In this document: one piece after another, positions 12,814 through 23,773 of the stretch | Position numbering within the stretch: position 1 is the first letter of the stretch | How the letters are laid out: every line of letters begins with the position of its first letter | Source: Octopus vulgaris | Taxonomy: Eukaryota | NCBI GenBank assembly: GCA_951406725.2 | Contig: OX597815.1 | Coordinates: 159,340,001 to 159,404,000, forward strand | Direction: 5' to 3' | DNA length: 64,000 nt | The notes under the pieces: model-generated | Told to the model about the DNA's origin: nothing | The model's database searches: none | What the model saw: the letters and a program-made list of their open reading frames with translations, nothing else | Program-made: the position numbers and the translations under genes

Positions 12814-13803
12814 CAAGTGGGACTGAACCTGGAACCATGTAGGCTTTGGTGAGGTTGTATGGTAAGAGGTTTGCTTCCCAACCACAAGGTGACACCTTGG
12901 GCAAGTGTTATCTACTATAGCCCTGGCCAACAAAAATCTTTCCCACTGTGTGCACCTTGGGCAAGTGTCTTCTACTATAGCCTCAGGCTGACCAAAACCT
13001 TATAAGAGAATTTGGTAGATGGAAACTGAAAGAAGTTTGTCATATATGTGTGTGTGTGTTTGTGTATTTCTTTGTGTCTGTGTTTGTCCCTCTCTCACCA
13101 TTGCTTGACAACTAATGTTGGTGTGTTTACATCCCTGTAACATAGCAGTTTGGCAAAAGACACCAATAGAATAAGTTCTTGTCTTACAAAGTCTAAGTCC
13201 TAGGGTCAGTTTCGTTGACTAGAACCCTTTTAGGTGGTGCTCCAGCATGGCCACAGCCAAATGACTGAAACAAGTAAAAGAATAAAAGAACATACATATA
13301 TGTTTATATGTATGTGTGTGTGTGTGTGTGTTTGTCCTTCACGACTGCTTGACAACCACTTTATGGTATTGGTTACATCCCCCTTAATTTAACAATTTGG
13401 CAAAAAGAAACCAGTGAAAGTACAAGGCTTTCAAAAAAAAAAAAAAAAAAGAAAGGTGGTAGGAGGCAATTTGTTTGATTCAAAATTGTGCAAGGAGGTG
13501 CTCCAGCATGGCTGCAGTCCAGTGACTGAAATGAGTGAAATATAAGTGATAAGAAAATATTTAAAAACCTATCGCTTTTATTCTTTTACTTGTTTCAGCC
13601 ATATGACTGCAGCCATGCTGGAGCACTGCCTTAAAGGGTTTTTAGTCCAAGAAATCGACCCTAGGGGTTATTCTTTTTTAGCCTAGTACTTATTCTGTTT
13701 GTGTCTTTTGCCTAACCACTAAGTTATGGGGACAAAAACACACTGATATCAGTTGTCAAGTGATGGTAGGGGTACAAACACAGATACAAAGATGCACACA
13801 CAT

Positions 13804-13885
<82 letters not shown>

Positions 13886-14627
13886 CAGGCTTCTTTCAGT
13901 TTCCCTCTACCTAATCTACTCACAGGGCTTTGTTCAACTTGAGGCTATAATAAAAGACACTTGCTCAAGATGCCATGCAGTGAGACTGTACCTGGAGCTA
14001 TGTGGTTGAGAAGAAAGTTTCTTACCACACAGCCAATAATTTCATTTTTCTTTTTATAAAAAAATATGGCGGTGCCCCAGCATGGCCACAGCTCATAAGC
14101 TGAAACTAGAATCAATCAATCAATCATATATACATTGTATCCATTTAAGAGATTCTATCTATTTAAGAACTTCTAAGCACTTTTAATCTGTATTAGCTCT
14201 GTTCTTTTATGGTATCTCATTATGGTCATTATTCAAGAGTGATTTTGAGATGCTGGAAGACTTTTCAGTGAGAAGTATTCACTGAATCCTCAAAGTGTCA
14301 CAGATTAACTGTCTGGGAAATGATCACTTTTGATAATACTTGCTTTTACCTGCCAATCGTTTTATGTACCATTTTAGTCCAAGAAATCGACCCTAGAGCT
14401 TATTCTTTATAAGCCTAGTACTTATTCCACTGGTGTCTTTTGCCTAACCACTAAGTTATGGGGACATAAACGCAGTGACATCGGTTGTCAAGCAATGGTA
14501 GGAGCACAGACACAAAGACGTGCGCACACACACACACACATGTATATATATATGTATATATTTGGGCCGACCAAAGCCTTGTGAGTGGATTTGATAGACG
14601 GAAACTGAAAGAAGCCTATATATATAT

Positions 14628-14675
<48 letters not shown>

Positions 14676-14886
14676 TTGTGTGTGTCCCATTCAACATCGC
14701 TTGACAACTGATGCTGGTGTTTTTATGTCCCCCGTCACTTAGCGGTTCGGCAAAAGAGACAGATAGAATAAGTACTGGGCTTACAAAGAATAAGTCCCGG
14801 GGTCGAGTTACTCGACTAAAGGCGGTGCTCCAGCATGGCCGCAGTCAAATGACTGAAACAACTAAAAGAGTATATATATATATATA

Positions 14887-14938
<52 letters not shown>

Positions 14939-16365
14939 TACATACACGACAGGCTTCTTTCAGTTTCTCTCTACCTAATCCACTCTGTTACGGAGATGCA
15001 AAGTTGCCATAGAAACTCTTCTCTGATTGTAATAATTGAAAGCATATGAACGAAATGGTATTAAAAATAAAAATAAACACAAAAAAAACAAAACACTGGT
15101 TGCACTAAAGAAAATCATGAACAACAAACATCTGACACCAAAAACAACAATAAACAACTAACATGGTTGTGTGGTTAAGAAGCTTCCTTTGCCACCATGT
15201 GATTTCAAGTTCAGTCCCAATTCACGGCACTTTGGGCCAGTGTCTTCCTTTATAGCCCCAGGGCTGACTGATGTCTTGTGAGAATTTAGCAGATGGAAAC
15301 TGTATGGAAGGTCATTGTCTGCATTTTCAACATGTTAATCCATTAAACCCAACACATTTTTTTTCTCTCATCACTTTTATTCTTTCTCTTTCCACTTTTT
15401 TCTTTTCATCCCTGTCTGTGGAAGAGTGTAGACTTGAAACGTCAAAGACTTTTCCATTCTTCACAAGTGTTAAAAACTAATACACCTGCTTGTTGTTCCC
15501 TTGCTTGTTTTTGTCTTTTAATTTTCTGTACATTTGAACCATATTTGTATTTTTTTCAGCAATGTAACTACATGTGCTGTTGGTGTTTTTTTTTTCTTTT
15601 TCCTTCTTTGGACTTTTTAATTTTTTTCCTTTCCGATGAAGAACTATACTCAATACATCAAAAACTTTCATGTTTCACTGAGCATCAAACTAATACGTTC
15701 TATGTACTTGTTCTCTTACTGTTTGTTATTGTTATTTTTAATGTTCATTTATTTGATTTGACTAGATAGATTTCTTTATTGGCCGTGCAGGGCTAAATAC
15801 AGAAGGGACAAAATACAAAGTAGGGCTTTTCTTTTTGGGAAGAAAAAGGGGGAGGGGGGGGGGCGAATTCCGATCAAAAGTGATCGTGGAGGGAAAAAAA
15901 GTGGGGGGGGGGCGATCAATAGGGATTGTGTATCACAGTAATGTCAATGTAAAAGGGGAAAACAGATTAGGTTTGTCCGTGGATACAAAAGCCTACGGAA
16001 AAGACCAAGGGAACCTTGGGCAATAGTGTCATGCAAAAAGAAAACACATTGACTAGATTGAGAGATAGACAGATAGATATATGTATTTATGTGCTCTGCA
16101 TTTGCCCCTTATTCCTACATTTTGATAACCATTGTTAGTTTTTTTATGTCCTTCATAACTTAGTGGTTCTTTAAAAGAATTTGTTCAACTTAACACTTGG
16201 AAATTATCCGTGGGTGATGCATACCAAAAGAAGGAATACTTTAAGGTTACTGCCTAGCTGAAGGGTTCATGATGATGGCAATGATGGCAGCAGTAGGGAT
16301 GGCTGCTATCATTTAAGATGTTTCAGGTATAGTGTTTTTTATTTGATGGTAAAATGGAGATATTT

Positions 16366-16640
16366 CAGAGATGTACTTGCATAGCAAGTGACCTGATCTA
16401 AGATCGTGTGCTGGAACGAAAACAATTAAGCCATTTAAGAAATGCTCAAAATCTGTTAGATTCACTTCAACATTTAAATTTTATTTGTCAAAATATTTTC
16501 ATCGCTTTGAGACCGCGACCTGATCACTGCCAAAAGAGATGCAGCATGGAATTTTGTCAGTGAACAGGTCGTGGCCTCAAAGTGTCGAAAGTATTTTGAC
16601 AAATTAAATTTAAATGTTGAAGTGAATCTAACGGATTTTG
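16366..16640. mobile_element. Penelope-like fold-back (inverted pseudo-LTR) remnant; family copies at ~10305-10433, 24310-24535, 34572-34873
   Basis: Internal inverted repeat with asymmetric extension (ggagatgtacttgcatagcaagtgacctgatc), often next to (TA)n, carrying minimal hammerhead folds; PLE assignment is inferred from this architecture. Confidence 0.65.
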
Positions 16641-17126
16641 TTGGAAATATTTCACTTAAGTTAAAACGTTATCATCATTGTCATCATTATCATTTTAACA
16701 TCCACTTTTTATATTCAAAATCTATAATTATATAAATATAATTGTAATAAGGGCACTAATGAGTAGCACCACATGCTAGAAATAGATGCCAGATGGCTCT
16801 AAGAACTACATTATTTATCCCATTAGCACGGGTTGAAAGTGAGGGAGGTGAACAAAGAAGATTTTTTTTAAAAAGGTGTTTAACCATAGATCAATTTCTA
16901 ATTTAGAGATATAAATCTCTTTACCGTCATCAGTATAGTATAACACATTATACATAATTATAAACATTTATACATACCCATACGAATAACACATATCCAC
17001 AAGTGTATATACAAATGTTCACATTTATATACAAGCTAAATCTAATTCATTCACCTCAACCTCATATGTATATGAACAAAAATAATACTGGAGTGAATAT
17101 ATTGGTCAGAGTAATTTATATTTATA

Positions 17127-17520
17127 CTAGCAGTATCACCCGGCGTTGCTCGGGTTTGTAAGGGAAATAACTATATAAGCATTTTTAGAGATGTAAAGTA
17201 TAATAGCCATCTCAATATGGCTAACCACAAAGGCGGGTGTTACTGTAGCTTTTTACGTTCTGAGATTTAATAATACATTTTTAGAGAGTTACTTCCCTTA
17301 TATAATAGCAAAAAAAATTCATTAAAAATGGGAAAAATGATGGTAAATTTTTTTAAAATCATAGACTCATCGTAGACGCGCACTAATACCCAGAAGGGCT
17401 CGATATGAATCACGACTATAAGATACCCGCTTTTGGTTACACTGCACCGCAAAATGTGGGAGTAGTTAGGAATCTAAATCGTAGGAGACAGACACACAAC
17501 TTCACTTTTATATATAAAGA
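17127..17520 (-). mobile_element. non-autonomous Helitron
   Basis: Minus strand A|TCTTTATATATAAAAG ... hairpin cccgagcaacgccggg ... CTAG|T; AT target, no TSD. Confidence 0.85.
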
Positions 17521-17816
17521 TATAATCATGGATAAAATCTTTATAAGATTGTATCAAGTAGCATATGATGAACACAAGTTTATATTATTGTTTCCTACAT
17601 ACTTAACCAGAATGGTTCATCAGTGAACTCTTAACTGCATTAGGTTACAGCAAACATTACATGGAGCTTTAAACTTAATGACGGCAGTTGTACATCTATG
17701 TACACACAAGATACACTATATGTATACATAACATATTTGATGGACTGTTTTCAGTTCCCATCTACCAAACCCACCCACAAAAGCTTTGGTTAGCCTGAGT
17801 TTACAGTAGACAATTG

Positions 17817-18246
17817 GGATCTTTTCAGTTTGAACGGCAGTTTTTTCTAGCAGTGTCATATGAAATTGTCACCCATAATTATGACCCTAGTATCGATCTA
17901 TTGCATTTCAATCTGTTTTAGGGTTAGGGTTGGTTAGGGTTAGGGGTGGGGGGGGGAGGGTATCTTTTTTTCTTCACAAATGTAAATAAACCCAATCTGT
18001 TTCTTAAATGAGGGACATATTCATACGGCACAGAATGTTTTTTTTACCTCAATGGACGTCATTGATTGGTTGAAATTGCAGAAATTGAAGGAAAAAACAA
18101 CAAATATCTTACAAACTAAAGAATTTTCTCAATAAAGCCAAGAGAAAAAGATGTTTTATAAATAGATTCTACCAGTATACGAAGTTTAACATTTTTTAGT
18201 TACCTAGAAATTATGTGAAAAACTGCTGTTCAAACCAAAAAGATCC
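17817..18246. mobile_element. non-autonomous TIR DNA transposon with 8-bp TSD, inserted in a SINE
   Basis: TIRs ggatcttttcagtttgaacggcagtttt / aaaactgctgttcaaaccaaaaagatcc; TSD gacaattg at 17809-17816 and 18247-18254; internal (TTAGGG)-like tract. Confidence 0.88.
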
Positions 18247-18387
18247 GACAATTGCCCAAGGTTCCACACATCATCATCATCATCATCATCCTTTAATGTC
18301 TGTTTGCTATGCTGTCGTGGGTTGAACTACCAGCATGCGTTAAATATTTCTAATATGCTACAGAATTAGGCTTTTATCATTATACTC

Positions 18388-18772
18388 TTTTACTTGTTTC
18401 TATCATTTGACTGTGGCCATGCTGGAGCACCGCCTTTAGTTGAGCAAATTGACCCCAGGACTTATTCTTTGTAAACCTAGTACTTATTCTATCGGTCTCT
18501 TTTGCCGAACCGCTAAGTTACGGGGACATAAACACACCAGCATCGGTTGTCAAGTGATGTTGGCGGAACAAATACAGACACACAAACATATACACACTCA
18601 CACATACACACAGATATATACATATATATGACGGGCTTCTTTCAGTTTCCATCTACCAAATCCACTCACAAGGCTTTGGTTGGCCCGAGGCTATAGTAGA
18701 AGACACTTGCCCAAGGGACTGAACCTGGAACCATGTGGTTTGTTAGCAAGCTACTTACCACACAGCCACTCC
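18388..18772 (-). mobile_element. full-length octopus CORE-type SINE (representative; others ~13578-14035, 32506-32917, 40761-41160, 47263-47882, 50308-50725, 63471-63850)
   Basis: Recurring head ggagtggctgtgtggtaag, aaagccttgtgagtggatttggtagacggaaactgaaagaagcc, (TA)/(TG) spacer and tail ggtgctccagcatggccacagtcaaatgactgaaacaagtaaaag. Confidence 0.85.
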
Positions 18773-20442
18773 TAAGTCTACTATTGTTTACTATTTATTT
18801 TTATTTAAGAATATGAAAGATAGAATTGGTAGAGCCACAAATTGGATGTATTGTAGTATATTTAGGATGTCTCCTTACAAGCTGAGTTAATATCTCATTG
18901 AGATTTATGTTCTTTTTCATCATTCTTGGTTGAATAGAACTAGTCAAAGTAGTAGAATGGTTTGAATTGCAACTTCTTGCTTTGAAAATTTCTGGTATCA
19001 TGCCAGTGCCAGAAATTATTTGTTTGTTATCTATCATTTGTATATTTTATTTATTTATTTATTTATTGATAGTTGTAGGTATAGCTGTGTGTTTTAAGAA
19101 GCTTGTTTTGGGTTCAGTTCCATTGCATGGCACCTTGGGCAAGTGTCTTCTATTGCACTGAACTGACCAATGCTGTGTGATTGAATTTAGTGAATGGAAA
19201 TTATGTGGAAGCCCATTGTGTATTTATGTATGAGTGTGTGTGTGTGTGTGTATTAATCCCCTTCCCTGCTGTATGACAACCAATGTTGATTTATGTCCTC
19301 TTAGCAGTTTGGCAGAAGTGACCAAAAGGATAAATACCACACTGTAGGCTGCAGTCCACTGATTGAAACAAGTGAACAATATAAAATATATTTACAAATA
19401 TAATGGTGGTGCCCCAGCATGGCCGCACCCCTCAAGTTGAAATTCGTAAAGAAATATAATGTTTGACCTGAAAAATGTAAGACTCCTCACCCTCTGGTCT
19501 TAATGGAAAGAAACTAAAAATATTTTAATTTTTCAAGAAAATTTACAAAGAACTGTTTAATGTGTCTCAGAATATACCTATAGAAAGTACAATATGGATG
19601 TTAATTTTGATTAAGAGCCATGTGATGCTGTATCATTTATAGACACTTCTGTAGCAGATTAAGCCGTTTAGATAATTTGTCTATTGTTGCTTCTTCTAAG
19701 CAGTGTTTAAGATAAAATGTGTATGAATAATTAATTTTTTGATAGTAGCATAAAGTGTGTATCCAGATTTATCTGTCATAGAAGAAATTTCTGTTATATG
19801 TTGCTTTTGTTTCATCTCTTTCTTTCATATTTTTCCCCAAAATTCTTTGCTAACCCTTTAGAGGCTGCCTCAGTTTTTTGATAGCAAATCTTCTGTTTTA
19901 AAGTTGTTTTTTTTTAAACTAGCACCTTCCATCATTATCTTGTAGAAGAACCTTTCATTAAATTACCTTCCAAAAATGCAAATACAAAAAGAAGGTTGTT
20001 TTGTTACATCCCACCAAATACTGGATTATTTTAAGAATTAATTGAAACATTGTATTTAATTAGAAATACGATGATTACAAAAGGATCAAAGTGTTTTGGT
20101 TGAGTGATTTACAGCGTTTAGGCCAAGAACTCACATACATACACCCAAGAGATTTTTCTGGAGAAATTCTTAAAGTGGTTGCTCCACATGCTTGAAATAG
20201 CAGCAAAATCACCATGTACTATCTTTCTACCATTTTACATGGATGATACAGTCCTAGTTTTGTAAAGAGATTGAAATGATCATAGCTAGAGCACATGTAT
20301 TCATAAATCTTTTCAAGCAGGGTTGATTTAGTGTGGCAGGTAGTGGGGAGACTAAATAACCATGTCAACAAGTAATTATATATAGCTGAAAAGTTATCAT
20401 CATCATCTTCATCTTCATCATCATCATCATCATTATCATCAT

Positions 20443-21636
20443 CTGTTTGGCTTTTGCTTTGTATTTGAACAAGTTGACTCCAAGTCTCACCCAGAGACCT
20501 CAAGAGACGGCAAGTTAGAAGTTCAGGTTGGTGTTACGCCCAGGGTGTCATATATTTGGTTTTGCACTAAGTATTTTTCTTTAGAATGTTCAAGAAAACA
20601 AGAAAATTATAAGTTTGTTTTAAAATTGAGATTATATAGACAGTACGTAGAATATGGGCAGTTCCCATTGGCTCTATCTTTTGAATTTCTGCCATTTTGG
20701 GGTTTCCTGGTATCTGAAACTAGGTAGGAATCAGTCCCTTTTGCTATCATTCCAAGGGCACCTATGACAATAGGTATTGTTTTAGTCTTTAAGTTCCACA
20801 TTTTGCCAATTTCTGTTTCAAGATCTTTATACTTGCTCAGTTTTTGGTAGGTCTTGATAGATACATTTATGTCGATTGGGACAGTCGTATCAATGAGGTG
20901 GAATGATTTTTGTTTGAAGTCCTTCAATATATAAAGTCTGGCCTATTTGTATCTATCTTTCTGTCAGTTTGAATGGTGAAGTTCCAGAAGAGTGAGATGT
21001 GACCATTTTCAAGCACTGGAGGTGGTTTGTGTTCCCACCAGTTTTTATCATGGGGCAGGTCCAGGTTTTTTCAAATTATCCAGTGAATATACTGTGCTGC
21101 TCTATCATGCCTGTTGAGATACTGTATAGGCGTAAGAAGACTGCACATGAAGACAACGTGATCAATGGTTTCATTTTGTTGTTGACATACACGACATGTT
21201 GGGCTACTGCCGTTCTTTAATATGTTGGCCTGATAGCTCCTTGTAGGTAGGCATTGATCTCCGGCTGCTATGATAAACCTTTCTGTTTCTGATTTTAAGC
21301 CAGAAGACACTAACCATTGATGGGTAAGGTCAACATCAGCATTATTAGCTCTCTTTGGGTATTTGCCATCAAGAAGTTTTTCTTGCCATTTATCAGTAAG
21401 AATATCTTAGGCAGAGGTTTTAGCACAGATTTTCATATGCTTAGCTTTTTCTGTGCTTGTTTCTAAAATGTCTAACTCTGGGGTGTGTTGTATTTGGAAT
21501 TCACTTTACCTGTTTTATTACTGAGTATGATGTTTTCTTGTTTTTGTGCTTCAAGACAAGTTTTAACATTCAGTCATCAGAGTTTTTCAGGTAGGTGTTT
21601 AGGCCAATTGTTGCAATCTTCATTGTTAATTCCAGT
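20443..21636 (-). mobile_element. decayed R4/Dong-clade RLE retrotransposon, 3' part
   Basis: SSGLKSETE.FIIAA.DQCLPTR, CRVCQQQNETIDHV (zinc knuckle), [24 protein letters not shown]; frameshifted; abuts (TAA)n at 21639-21701. Confidence 0.88.
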
Positions 21637-21655
21637 TGTATTATTATTATCATCA

Positions 21656-21702
<47 letters not shown>

Positions 21703-22537
21703 TATTCTTTTTATCTCTGGTTTTGTTGTAATTCCTGGAGTCTTGCAGTGGGCTTGCTGCCTGTAGCCTACAGTACTATGGTATCTGTTATTTTATATTG
21801 CGTTTTTTGTATTTAATGTATTAAATGTTTGTATATTGACCTGTCTAACTTGCTTATCCTTACATTTATTTCTATACCCGCTCAAGTTTAAATTTCATAA
21901 GCACTACTAAGTGTATTCTATATGGAGAATATCTGATTCATTTATGAACTATATATATATATATATACATACACACACAATAGGCTTCTTTCAGTTTGCC
22001 TCTACCATATCCGCTCACAAGGCTTTGGTTGACCAGAGGTTATAGTGGAAGATGCTTGCCCAACGTGGTTGGGAAGCAAACTTCTTGTCACACCTCAGCC
22101 TATATATGTATATCTGTATATATGCATATATGATGATGACCATCATCATTTAGCATCAGCTTTCCATGCTTGCATGGGTTTGACAGTTTGATTGAAAATG
22201 GTAAGCTGGAGAGTTGCACCAAGTTCCAGTCTGATTTGGCATGGTTTCTGCAGCTGGATGCCCTTCCTAACACACGTATCTATTTTGTGTATGTGTATAC
22301 ACACACCACAATTTATCTAATATCTGGTTGTCTAATGTCCTAATACCCAGTGTGAAACCAACTTAAATGGATCTGTAATATTGTATACAATGATTAATAT
22401 TCTCATACCCACTCTATTGACAAATATAGGAGTGCATATTTTTTCTGATTTATGAATTCTTAGACATATATATTCTTAGACATGTATATTGTATATAAAA
22501 AATATATATATATTTAATTTAATATTTTAATATCTAG

Positions 22538-22608
22538 GCATCGGCTGTCAAGGAACATATCAATCCACAGTATGAACACTATCTACTTTTATTGCAGCAG
22601 CGCAACAG
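22538..22608 (+). CDS. KATNIP: KATNIP exon [23 protein letters not shown](R)
   Basis: tatctag|GCA ... AACAG|gtaaag; phase 0 to 2. Confidence 0.88.
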
Positions 22609-23711
22609 GTAAAGATATTTCTTATTTCTTGGCATTATTGTAATTCTTCTGATTTTATTCTTGTGTCTTTTAGTTTTGTCTTCTTTCCCCTGTCTTTTTA
22701 ATTCTTCTGCATTTGTCTCTCATCATTCGTTTCTGTTTAGTTAGTTCATTTTTTTATCCTGTTTCTATCCCTTTATCATACTTTAACCTCTCCTTGCCTA
22801 GCACAAAGCCATGTCCCTTGATATTCTTCTGTAAGTGGTCTTTATCTTGCAAGTTACTTGGTGACTTTGCTAGAAGGCACTCATGCCGCCTGAAAAGCAC
22901 CCAGTACCTTCTGTAAAGTGTTTGGCATTATGAAGGGCCTTCAGCCATAGAAATTATGCCACTGCAGGCAGTAGAGCTTGTTGCAGTTCTTTGGTTTGCT
23001 AGCTCTTGTCAAACCATCCAACCCATCCATGCCAGCTTGGTAAATGAACATTAAATGATGACGATTCTCTACATATCCACTAGTGTGGTAAGTTTGTGTA
23101 TTAGTTTTTTTATCTTATTAATATATATATATATATATATAAAATAGTAAAAAGTGAAAAAATTACAGAAGGCTTGTTTTAAAAGGTTAAAAAATATATA
23201 TTTGAGTCAATATGTCTGAAGAATATTATAAACTATGTCATTATAAGAAAAAAATTTATAATATTCTTCAGACATATTGACTCAAATATATATTTTTTAA
23301 CCTTTTAAAACAAGCCTTCTGTAGTTTTTTCACTTTTTACTATTTTCTATATATTCAACCATGTGCTTTCACAAACCAACTTTCTCATCTATATATATAT
23401 ATATATTGTTTTCACATTTTGGCACAATTTCAGGAGAGGGGTAAGTTGATTACTTTGGCTTAAGTGCTCAACTGGTACTTATTTTATCAACACTGAAAGG
23501 ATGAAAGGCAAAGTTGACCTCAGCAGAATTTAAACTTAGAACATAAAGATAGATGAAATGCGGTTAAGCATTTTGCCCGTCGTGCTAATGGTTCTGCCTG
23601 TGCATCTTTTCTCTTGATATCTTTTTCACCATCATTTAATGTCCGCTTTCCATGCTGGCATGGGTTGGACGGTTTGACAGGAGCTGGCTGGGCAGAAGAC
23701 TGCACCAAGGT

Positions 23712-23773
<62 letters not shown>

